DNA of 35,053 nucleotides. Origin: a virus (lineage: Duplodnaviria > Caudoviricetes). The stretch is from IMG/VR virus record IMGVR_UViG_3300025018_000075, positions 1 to 35,053 of that record, one strand, 5' to 3'. The position numbers were made by a program, and so were the translations under genes. The notes under the pieces were generated by a model. That model was given only the letters and a program-made list of their open reading frames with translations, searched no databases and had not been told where the DNA came from. Shown here in pieces: positions 17,189 to 24,367 of this stretch. How positions within the stretch are numbered: position 1 is the stretch's first letter; each line of letters begins with the position of its first letter.

Positions 17189-17602
17189 ATGAAAGACAAA
17201 TCAGAAAAAAATCTTTGGGATATATTCTCAAAGTTTATAAGAGCCAGGGATGCTAATTGGCAGGGTTACTGCCAATGCATCTCTTGCTCCACTGTAAAGA
17301 AGTGGAATCAAGGAATCGATGCAGGACACTTCATCCCAGTAGGAAGCGACAGCGCATTAAAATACAACGAAATGAATGTCAATGCTCAATGCTCTTATGC
17401 CTGCAACAGAATGAAGTCTGGCAACCTTGCAGAATATAGACTCAGGCTGATTAGTAAATATGGGAAAGAAGCTGTCGAGAAACTAGAGCAATCTCACTAT
17501 TTCAAAACAACAAAGAAGAAACTAAACCAACTCGAAATCAATGTCGCTTACCTCCACTATAAAGCAGAATTCGAAAAGCTTAAAAAAGAAAAGTGTTTAT
17601 AA
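17189..17602 (+). CDS. ninG: NinG/Rap-family recombination endonuclease
   Basis: FSKFIRARD..CISC..DAGHFI..NVNAQC..CN...SGN..EYR..L..KYG. Confidence 0.9.
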   Translation: MKDKSEKNLWDIFSKFIRARDANWQGYCQCISCSTVKKWNQGIDAGHFIPVGSDSALKYNEMNVNAQCSYACNRMKSGNLAEYRLRLISKYGKEAVEKLEQSHYFKTTKKKLNQLEINVAYLHYKAEFEKLKKEKCL

Positions 17603-17606
17603 AAAT

Positions 17607-17966
17607 ATGTTAGAATTATTTCAAACTCCAGCCATAGTGCAATCAATCAGGACCCTAGTAGATGGCGGTTGCAAACTAGACATAGTTACAAATGAATTGA
17701 ATCCTACTGAAATGGCCTCGCTGTTTGGACTTAAAAATAAGATGGGCTGGATGCTTTTCAAAGAAGATGCTATTCAAGGAAAAGAAGTCGAAGATCTAGG
17801 AGATAGCAAGATGGAAAGTTTTGATAAGAAATCTCCCTCTCAGAGAATGCATGACCGAATGTTTGTCTGTTACAAAGCAACCCATAGCGAAACATCAGGA
17901 TTCAGGCAGTGGTATGAGAGAGAGCTTGATCGTTTAGGATCACAATATTTAGATAAAGCAAAATAA
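17607..17966 (+). CDS. Hypothetical phage protein (likely start MLELFQ)
   Basis: IRTLVDGG.KL...KSPSQR pattern; ATG 4 nt after the ninG stop. Confidence 0.75.
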   Translation: MLELFQTPAIVQSIRTLVDGGCKLDIVTNELNPTEMASLFGLKNKMGWMLFKEDAIQGKEVEDLGDSKMESFDKKSPSQRMHDRMFVCYKATHSETSGFRQWYERELDRLGSQYLDKAK

Positions 17967-17984
17967 TTCACTAACCATACAAAT

Positions 17985-18590
17985 ATGGAAAAAGAAAAAA
18001 CATCATTTTTTGTTCTCGACATCGAGAGCAAACCACAAGAAAGTTTAGTCCCACTTTGCGAAGGGGAGATAATCGCTAGTAAAGTATTAAAAGATCCAGC
18101 TAAAATAGAGGCTGACATCGAGGCCAAGAAACTAGGATTAAAAAAGAAAATGTCAGTAGATCCAGATTTTGCAGATATAATTTGCATCGGCCTTAAAAGA
18201 CTGGGCGAGGATGGTAAATTATATTCAATAGATGAGATGGAAAAATTCTTCGAAGAAAATCCTTTCGTGGTATTTATTACTTTTAACGGAAAAGGATTCG
18301 ACTTACCGCTTCTAATCAAAGCAGGGATAAAAAGAGATCTAAAATTCCCTTACGCAAGGCTAAAAGAAATGAGCAAAAAGTGGACCACTAATGGCCACTA
18401 CGATCTCATGGAATTAATCTGTGATGGAGATTATAAGAGCTTAGATTTACTTCTCCAAATCTATTGCGGAATCAGCAAGACACCAATCGATTTCGAAACA
18501 GCGACAGAAGAAGAAATCAAAACTCACTGTCTAGAAGATCTTGATAACACCGAAATCCTATACAAGAAGTTTCAACAAATATTATCATAA
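17985..18590 (+). CDS. DnaQ/PolB-like 3'-5' exonuclease
   Basis: ExoI LDIE, ExoII FNGKGFDLP, ExoIII HCLED. Confidence 0.88.
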   Translation: MEKEKTSFFVLDIESKPQESLVPLCEGEIIASKVLKDPAKIEADIEAKKLGLKKKMSVDPDFADIICIGLKRLGEDGKLYSIDEMEKFFEENPFVVFITFNGKGFDLPLLIKAGIKRDLKFPYARLKEMSKKWTTNGHYDLMELICDGDYKSLDLLLQIYCGISKTPIDFETATEEEIKTHCLEDLDNTEILYKKFQQILS

Positions 18591-18593
18591 AAT

Positions 18594-19163
18594 ATGCCAC
18601 AACATAGATTTTGTAAAATTTGTGGGAAAGATTTTATACCAAAAAGCAATTCTAAAGGAATATACTGCTCATTAAAATGTTCTTATTCTGATAAAGAAAG
18701 AATGAAAAATTTAGGAGAACGACACAGAATAAATGTTGGGAACGCAAAGAGGGGGAAAAAATTTACCGAACAACAGAAAATTGGTATGAGAAAACCAAAA
18801 TCAGAACAACACAAAATTAATCTTCGTTTAGCAAAAAATGGAAGTTGGACTGGGAATAAAAACCCGCGCTGGAAAGGTGGGGTTTCTGTTTTAAGATGTT
18901 TAATAAGGGGATGCTTTGAGTATAGACTTTGGCGCTCTGATGTATTTAAAAGAGATAATTATACCTGTCAGCATTGCGGAAATAATAAAGGACATAATCT
19001 TAATGCCGACCATTACCCTAATAGTTTTGCTGATATTTTAAGTAAAAATAAAATAAAATCTATAGAGGATGCTTTAAGTTGTGTTGAGATCTGGGATATA
19101 AATAATGGAAGAACACTATGTATAGATTGCCATAAAAAAACAAAAAACTATGGAAAAGCCTAA
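18594..19163 (+). CDS. HNH homing endonuclease with NUMOD3-like motifs
   Basis: CKICGK..YCSLKC, SEQHK, NPRWKGG, WRSDVFKRDNYTCQHC, ADH..NGRTLCIDCH. Confidence 0.9.
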   Translation: MPQHRFCKICGKDFIPKSNSKGIYCSLKCSYSDKERMKNLGERHRINVGNAKRGKKFTEQQKIGMRKPKSEQHKINLRLAKNGSWTGNKNPRWKGGVSVLRCLIRGCFEYRLWRSDVFKRDNYTCQHCGNNKGHNLNADHYPNSFADILSKNKIKSIEDALSCVEIWDINNGRTLCIDCHKKTKNYGKA

Positions 19164-19719
19164 ATTTTCAATTTGTCTTATCGCTAGAAATGAGGAAAAT
19201 ACACTCCCAAGATTATTAAAGTCTTTACAAGATTTCAAAAGTTGTGGAGGGGAAGTTGTATGTTTAGATACTGGCTCAACTGATAAAACAGTCCAGGCGG
19301 CCAAAGACTGGGGATGCAAAGTCGAAGAAGTCGGAGATCGATTTGTCAGATATGTAGATTCTCAGATGGCCAAAAAGATTAATAGAAAATTCAAGGCTCC
19401 TCTAGATACTGGAGAAATAGTCAAAGACGGAGATAAGAATTTCGACTTCGCCTCAGCCAGAAACTACGCAGCTAGTCTTGCGAGTAATAATTTTATTTGG
19501 ACACCAGACTGTGATGAAATATTTACAAAATTAAATATTGAAGAAATAGATAAAAAAATAGAAGAAGGATTCGAGCAATTAGAATTTAATTTTGTATTTG
19601 CTCATGGCCCTAAGGGGGAAGAATTGATTAAGTTTATTCAATGCAAAGCATACGATAGAAGGAAATTAGAATGGCGGGGTATCATACACGAAGTATTATC
19701 TCCAATAGGTATTGCGTGA
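19150..19719 (+). CDS. GT2 glycosyltransferase, N-terminal part of a split GT2-TPR-GT2 gene
   Basis: SICLIARNEE, LDTGSTD.T, FDFASARN, DCDE, WRGIIHE, then a stop. Confidence 0.88.
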   Translation: MEKPKFSICLIARNEENTLPRLLKSLQDFKSCGGEVVCLDTGSTDKTVQAAKDWGCKVEEVGDRFVRYVDSQMAKKINRKFKAPLDTGEIVKDGDKNFDFASARNYAASLASNNFIWTPDCDEIFTKLNIEEIDKKIEEGFEQLEFNFVFAHGPKGEELIKFIQCKAYDRRKLEWRGIIHEVLSPIGIA

Positions 19720-19740
19720 AGTTCTATAATATGCTATAAT
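19712..19740 (+). promoter_or_regulatory. Internal sigma70 promoter of the HNH cassette
   Basis: TTGCGT-17 nt-(TGc)TATAAT; the GT stop codon TGA overlaps the -35. Confidence 0.7.
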
Positions 19741-19766
19741 TTTAATATAAAATAATATTTAAAATT

Positions 19767-20255
19767 ATGACAAAAAGCGAAGCATTAAAATTAAGATGGG
19801 AAAACGGAACTTTTAAAGGAACAACTGGAAGAAAAATGTCTGACACAGAGAAAGAAAAACATAGTGTTGCGCTAAGAGGAAAAATGCCAAAAAATTTGGA
19901 AATGTTAAATGCTAATAAATTTGGCAAAAATAATCCTATGTGGGGAAAAACCACTAGCGATTTACAAAAATCTGTAATGAGAGCTAGGGTGGGAGAATTA
20001 CACCCAAATTGGAAAGGAGATGATGTTGGTTATTGTGGTTTACACGATTGGTTAAAAAAAAATGAAGGGTCGGCTAATAAATGCGAAAATCTTGATTGCT
20101 CAAAAGACGGAAAGAAAAAATTTGCTTGGGCGAATATAACAGGAATTTATAAAAGAGAAAGAAAACACTGGGCTATGTTATGTGTAACTTGCCATAATAG
20201 ATACGATAAAAAGAAAATAAAGTTAAATATTAATAATAAGATATATGGAAATTAA
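19767..20255 (+). CDS. NUMOD3-containing HNH-like homing endonuclease
   Basis: GRKMSDTEKEK.S, NPMWGK, HPNWKGD.VGY.GLHDWL, CENLDC, WAN..G.Y, LCVTCH..YD. Confidence 0.85.
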   Translation: MTKSEALKLRWENGTFKGTTGRKMSDTEKEKHSVALRGKMPKNLEMLNANKFGKNNPMWGKTTSDLQKSVMRARVGELHPNWKGDDVGYCGLHDWLKKNEGSANKCENLDCSKDGKKKFAWANITGIYKRERKHWAMLCVTCHNRYDKKKIKLNINNKIYGN

Positions 20256-21492
20256 GAGAACTTTATTATCAGAAGATATTGTTAAAATAGAACACTACCA
20301 AAACGAAAGCACTGATCGCAAAGGTTATCTAGTCGGCCTGGCAATAGACTGCTTCGAAAATCCCAATAAAGACAGAAACTCTCACTACTTCGCCAGAGAA
20401 TTAATGTATAAAGGATTTACTCATTCTGCTATCAAAGAATTTGAGCGCTATTTGACTATTGGCTGGTGGGCCGCAGAAAGAAGCCAATCTCTAATATTCA
20501 TCGGAGATTGTCTTATGCAACTAGGGAAAGAAAAAGAAGCCCTGGATTATTACCAGCGCGCCTACTTAGAATGCTCTGACCGCAGAGAGCCATTATTAAG
20601 ACTGGGAAAATACTTTTTTGATAAACAAGACTGGCCCAAAGCTAGATTTTATTTAGAAGGATCTCTCCCTATAAAATACTCTGGTTTTTATGCTGATGAC
20701 ATGAGCCACTATGGGGACTACCCTTACGGAATGCTTTATGCTGTCTGTTACCGATTAGGGGACTACGAAAAAAGCAAAGAGTATTTCAACGAGGCCCTTC
20801 GATTAAGTCCAGATAATGAAACCTATAAAAAAGAGCAGAAATTCTATGAAGACTACCCAGAAGATCTTCCGACTATTAGCATCCTCATCCCTACTCTAGG
20901 CCGACCAGAAGGCTTAAAACGATGCCTGGATAGTATAGACATGATCAAATACCCTAAAGATAAATTAGAAGTCTTATCGGAGGAAGACTCTCCTCGAATG
21001 GGAGTCGCTAAAAGATTAAATAGCCTATTCCTGAAAAGTAAAAACAAATGGATTGTTTACGGATCAAACGACATCGAGTTTACTCCAGATTGTCTTTTAG
21101 AAGCAGTCAAAGAAACAGGACAGAATAATCTGATCGCTTTTAACACTGGGGAGTTATTACCAGATAAAGGAAATATCTGCGAGCATTTTATGATTAACAG
21201 AGATTATGTAGTGCTTGAGTTAGATGGAAAAATATTTGATGAAGATTTCAACCATATCGGAGTAGATAATTTGCTCTGGGCCAGATGCCAATTCAAAACC
21301 AGGGCAGAAAATGCAATCATCCACCATTATCATTTTTCTCGCGGAGGGAAGATCGATCCTATTTATGAATTAGGATGGTCTGAGGTAGAAAATGATCGTA
21401 AAATTTTAACTAAAAAAATGGAGGAGCTGAATCATGGGAAAAAATCGTCATCACTACGACCCTCCGAAATCAAGGAGAAAGGGACAGAGTAA
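20245..21492 (+). CDS. C-terminal part of the split glycosyltransferase (TPR repeats plus second GT2 domain)
   Basis: Starts with the KIEHYQ end of GT2, TPR-like helices (YFARELM, WAAERSQS, RREPL), then ISILIPTLGRPEGL..CLDSI and SNDIEF. Confidence 0.85.
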   Translation: MEIKRTLLSEDIVKIEHYQNESTDRKGYLVGLAIDCFENPNKDRNSHYFARELMYKGFTHSAIKEFERYLTIGWWAAERSQSLIFIGDCLMQLGKEKEALDYYQRAYLECSDRREPLLRLGKYFFDKQDWPKARFYLEGSLPIKYSGFYADDMSHYGDYPYGMLYAVCYRLGDYEKSKEYFNEALRLSPDNETYKKEQKFYEDYPEDLPTISILIPTLGRPEGLKRCLDSIDMIKYPKDKLEVLSEEDSPRMGVAKRLNSLFLKSKNKWIVYGSNDIEFTPDCLLEAVKETGQNNLIAFNTGELLPDKGNICEHFMINRDYVVLELDGKIFDEDFNHIGVDNLLWARCQFKTRAENAIIHHYHFSRGGKIDPIYELGWSEVENDRKILTKKMEELNHGKKSSSLRPSEIKEKGTE

Positions 21493-21643
21493 ACATGGAG
21501 TATGCAAAGTAGATGAAAAAATTCATCATTTATCACATCTAATTTTCGGAAACTTATTTCCCTGGGAAATACTTGAATTCCTAAATGAAAATTTGTGGGA
21601 TAACTCATACGACATAACAATCAAAAAAAAGGGGGAGGATTAA
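21434..21643 (+). CDS. Small His-rich, minimal HNH-like protein
   Basis: RHH...P.SRR.G......V....H...H.IFGN..P.E.L. Confidence 0.55.
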   Translation: MGKNRHHYDPPKSRRKGQSKHGVCKVDEKIHHLSHLIFGNLFPWEILEFLNENLWDNSYDITIKKKGED

Positions 21644-21652
21644 ACTCCCCCC
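21623..21652 (-). terminator. Intrinsic terminator for leftward transcription
   Basis: GGGGGAG/CTCCCCC stem followed by T8 on the minus strand. Confidence 0.7.
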
Positions 21653-21686
21653 AAAAAAAACTTTTATAAATTAATATACAAAAATT

Positions 21687-21857
21687 ATGAAGACTCTAAA
21701 AGTCATGGCTATCGTGGGCTTAGCTCTATCCCTTTTGACATGGATAGTAATCGCCACAATGGATGCCGAAACTGCCTCAGGATGGGGAGCATTATTAATG
21801 TTCTATCTGATCGCTTTCTCGATCACAGTTTTATCGATTTCAGGTAGAAAGAAATAA
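21687..21857 (+). CDS. Small two-TM membrane protein (56 aa)
   Basis: MKTLKVMAIVGLALSLLTWIVIATMDAETASGWGALLMFYLIAFSITVLSISGRKK*. Not in the ORF track. Confidence 0.75.
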   Translation: MKTLKVMAIVGLALSLLTWIVIATMDAETASGWGALLMFYLIAFSITVLSISGRKK

Positions 21858-21862
21858 AACAA

Positions 21863-21932
21863 TCTGGAGTCGGCTAGTGGTCCAGGCCTCCTCTTTCAAG
21901 AGGCAACGAGGGTTCGAATCCCTTCTCCAGAT
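21863..21932 (+). tRNA. Atypical tRNA-Glu(TTC)-like gene with shortened anticodon arm
   Basis: Acceptor TCTGGAG/CTCCAGA, Glu-like D arm GGCTAGTGGTCCAGGCC, T arm GAGGG-TTCGAAT-CCCTT; anticodon arm only 14 nt (CCTCTTTCAAGAGG); no encoded CCA. Confidence 0.7.
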
Positions 21933-21935
21933 CCT

Positions 21936-22154
21936 ATGCTTAATAAAAATAAAATCTGTAAAGATTTTACAAAAAAACACCTAACCTATAAAGAGTTAAG
22001 TGTTTTATATAACACTAGCATCCCCAATGTTCTTAGAATCCTTAAATGCTTTATAAGCAGTGATGAAAGAAGGATTATTCTAAGAAAGAATTGCCTCTGG
22101 CGCTGCACTCAAAGATCTAAATTACCTAAGAGCAATCGAATTAACAGTCGCTAG
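21936..22154 (+). CDS. Small basic HTH-like protein
   Basis: LTYKELSVLYNTSIPNVLRIL resembles an HTH. Confidence 0.55.
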   Translation: MLNKNKICKDFTKKHLTYKELSVLYNTSIPNVLRILKCFISSDERRIILRKNCLWRCTQRSKLPKSNRINSR

Positions 22155-22811
22155 GTAGGATAAAGTTTTATCGGTCCCAGGAGTTCCATTATGAGCCATA
22201 ATACTATTAGATCTATATTTAGGGTAGCCCTTAGAAACTAATCGCTTCGCAGTCCAGATAGCGGCCCAGAAAGGATCCTCTGCTTGCGCGACTGTAACTT
22301 GAGGATGATATCCTAGATGAATTTGAAAACATCCCTTAGCTTTTCCAGAATCTCCAGAAGATTTACAGTTGAATGATCTAGTTTCTGCATAAGCAATCCC
22401 AACAAGATCCTCAATGCATTGTTTTTCTCCACTCCATTTTTCAGCTCCGATATATTTGCAAGCCTGCTCGGATGCCAGTCTAATATTGACCTCAGCATCA
22501 AAATATGGTGTTTTAATAGGAATCAGCTTAGTTCCGTCAGATAACTGCTCGTAATCAGCGCTAGAATAGGCGTTTTTCTGGATATTTGCCACCGCCACAA
22601 TGTTTTCAGATGTTTCGTGAGTGTTTATACCTTGAATTTCTTCCTGGGCCATTATAGGGCCTTCTTTTTTTTCAGTGATTACATCATAGATCATATTTGA
22701 CCCTGCGCAGAGCATAAATGCGATGATGAAGCCTCCGAGCATAAAGTCATGACTTCTTTTTTCCTGGCGATATCTCGTCAGTCTTTTTTTGTATGTTTTA
22801 TTTTTTCGCAT
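22122..22811 (-). CDS. Membrane-anchored lytic transglycosylase/lysozyme-like protein (likely start MRKNK at 22811)
   Basis: Basic N-terminus, TM segment FMLGGFIIAFMLCAG, then IAYAET (catalytic E), GDSGKAKGCFQI, AHNG. Confidence 0.75.
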   Translation of the reverse strand: MRKNKTYKKRLTRYRQEKRSHDFMLGGFIIAFMLCAGSNMIYDVITEKKEGPIMAQEEIQGINTHETSENIVAVANIQKNAYSSADYEQLSDGTKLIPIKTPYFDAEVNIRLASEQACKYIGAEKWSGEKQCIEDLVGIAYAETRSFNCKSSGDSGKAKGCFQIHLGYHPQVTVAQAEDPFWAAIWTAKRLVSKGYPKYRSNSIMAHNGTPGTDKTLSYLATVNSIALR

Positions 22812-22968
22812 ATTTGTTTTTATTAACGACAATTAATAATTGCGTTTTGACTGGCCGAGTGATAAAGTTACTGATCTTGCCGAGCCTGATATCCATGTAA
22901 ACCTGAGCGCGGCTCTTTCCGATGTATTTTGCATACTCTGCGATTGTCATTAAAGTTTCTTTAGACAT
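22798..22968 (-). CDS. Small HTH DNA-binding protein (excisionase/MerR-like, 56 aa)
   Basis: MSKETLMTIAEYAKYIGKSRAQVYMDIRLGKI...KK*. Not in the ORF track. Confidence 0.75.
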   Translation of the reverse strand: MSKETLMTIAEYAKYIGKSRAQVYMDIRLGKISNFITRPVKTQLLIVVNKNKYAKK

Positions 22969-22975
22969 ATTTTTG

Positions 22976-23596
22976 TTATTTAATTCTATTAATTATTTTT
23001 ATTGCCTGATCGTATAAACCTTGATCTCCTTTATAGCTAAGATTTTTACCTTCTCTGTTGTAACATTCGAAATATTCTTTGGCGCGTTCTTTTATCTTAT
23101 CGATATCATCGTCAGAGAATCTTTGTAATTGACCACAGCGAGAGCATTCAAATATTGTTTTTTCTTTACCATCTCTAATCGCCTGGAATCTAACTGTTAA
23201 AAATTGTTCTCCAGCCCCTCCGTTACTTTGTTTTACTTTTCCGTCAAGAATAAGGTCTTTGAAATCTTTTGAATAAGGGCAGGGAATCATGATATTCATG
23301 TTGTGGAATCCGTTTTTGTGAGTATTCCCTACGCAGATTGTTGAATGGCCAACATCTTCTAAGTCCCCAGCTGGAATATTGAATCCTTTATCATACTGGC
23401 AGTTAGCTGGTATGCCTTCGTCTTCATCAGGGAAAGGAAATCTAAACATGGTTGCGTTGTCAGTCAGATAAGATTCAAAAGTTATTCCGTCATCATCTCT
23501 GGCTCCTTGCTTTGCTAATTCTTGCGCTTCGCTCAATCTCATATAATACATTGATTCGCAAGTGCCGATTTTTTTACCTTTGTAATATTGTCCCAT
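22976..23596 (-). CDS. Hypothetical protein
   Basis: 206 aa; KIGTCESMYYMR, FRFPFPDED, CSRCG. Confidence 0.8.
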   Translation of the reverse strand: MGQYYKGKKIGTCESMYYMRLSEAQELAKQGARDDDGITFESYLTDNATMFRFPFPDEDEGIPANCQYDKGFNIPAGDLEDVGHSTICVGNTHKNGFHNMNIMIPCPYSKDFKDLILDGKVKQSNGGAGEQFLTVRFQAIRDGKEKTIFECSRCGQLQRFSDDDIDKIKERAKEYFECYNREGKNLSYKGDQGLYDQAIKIINRIK

Positions 23597-23600
23597 ATAT

Positions 23601-23828
23601 TTAAGCTTTAGCTGGAGCTAAGACTCCATTTTCGATTAAGTTAGAAGCGGTCCGACCATACCAGCCTTGCAAGCTCCAACACAGATGCGTGTCGATCAAA
23701 TACTGCCATGCTGCCAGTTTCTCAATTTGACCAGCTCCTTCTCCCTCACAGAATCCTTCCGCTATGGCGCATGCCATATAACGAGTCATTTTTTTGTAGG
23801 CCTTTGTGGCCCTGAGTGATTTTTTCAT
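23601..23828 (-). CDS. Small conserved-looking phage early protein (likely start MKKSL at 23828)
   Basis: AWQYLIDT.LCWSLQGWYGRTA..LIE.G motif; the longer ORF version overlaps the promoter. Confidence 0.8.
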   Translation of the reverse strand: MKKSLRATKAYKKMTRYMACAIAEGFCEGEGAGQIEKLAAWQYLIDTHLCWSLQGWYGRTASNLIENGVLAPAKA

Positions 23829-23869
23829 ATAGTTTATTATTTTCGAGGTTATTTCCTCATTACTTAGTA

Positions 23870-23914
23870 AGTATACACCTGTCGCATACACCTGTCAAGT
23901 GGTAGTTATCCACA
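23870..23914 (-). promoter_or_regulatory. sigma70 promoter with internal direct-repeat operator and upstream DnaA box
   Basis: TTGACA (23898-23893)-17 nt-TATACT (23875-23870); ATACACCTGTC at 23873-23883 and 23886-23896; DnaA box at 23906-23914. Confidence 0.85.
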
Positions 23915-23942
23915 AACAAAAAAGAGCCTGTTAAAGCTCTTT
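23914..23942 (-). terminator. Intrinsic terminator ending the morphogenesis operon
   Basis: AAAGAGC/GCTCTTT stem with T-rich tails on both strands. Confidence 0.65.
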
Positions 23943-23994
23943 CTTTTGATCTAGACCACTCGCATCCCACCTGGCACTTTAGGCCAGCCATAAG

Positions 23995-24363
23995 TTATTC
24001 ACTTAAAGCCTTGTCCGTCTGATCAGTTTGTTGCTTGAATTCTTCTTCCGATATTTCAATTAGTGATTCATTATCATCCATGACACTTTGTATAACAAAA
24101 TTTCCATTCTGCTCTACTCCGTCATTATAAGCGGTTATTCTCAATCCCTCGTCTTCGATCATTTCTGATTTGACTGGAATTTCATCATCGAGGAGAAAGA
24201 ATCTAGGCATCCCCATCTCAGGAGCTAGTAACCGAGTCATGGCGCTTTCTGTTTGACCAACCTCATCAAGTTCTTCCTTTTCTTCCTGAGGCGGACCAGA
24301 TTGCAAAACCTTATCGACTTCCTCCGCGCTTATAGGGACTACTATTCTTTTTGCTTTTTCCAT
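23995..24363 (-). CDS. Small acidic protein, candidate immunity protein for the upstream synthetase domain
   Basis: 122 aa, E/D-rich, starts 4 nt after the 939 aa gene; the function is inferred from position only. Confidence 0.6.
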   Translation of the reverse strand: MEKAKRIVVPISAEEVDKVLQSGPPQEEKEELDEVGQTESAMTRLLAPEMGMPRFFLLDDEIPVKSEMIEDEGLRITAYNDGVEQNGNFVIQSVMDDNESLIEISEEEFKQQTDQTDKALSE

Positions 24364-24367
24364 ATAT

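Noticed and set aside
19720-20244. Group I/II intron or intein in the GT gene
   Set aside because: Only 47 AT-rich non-coding nt, no core helices, in-frame stops and a separate ATG for the second half.
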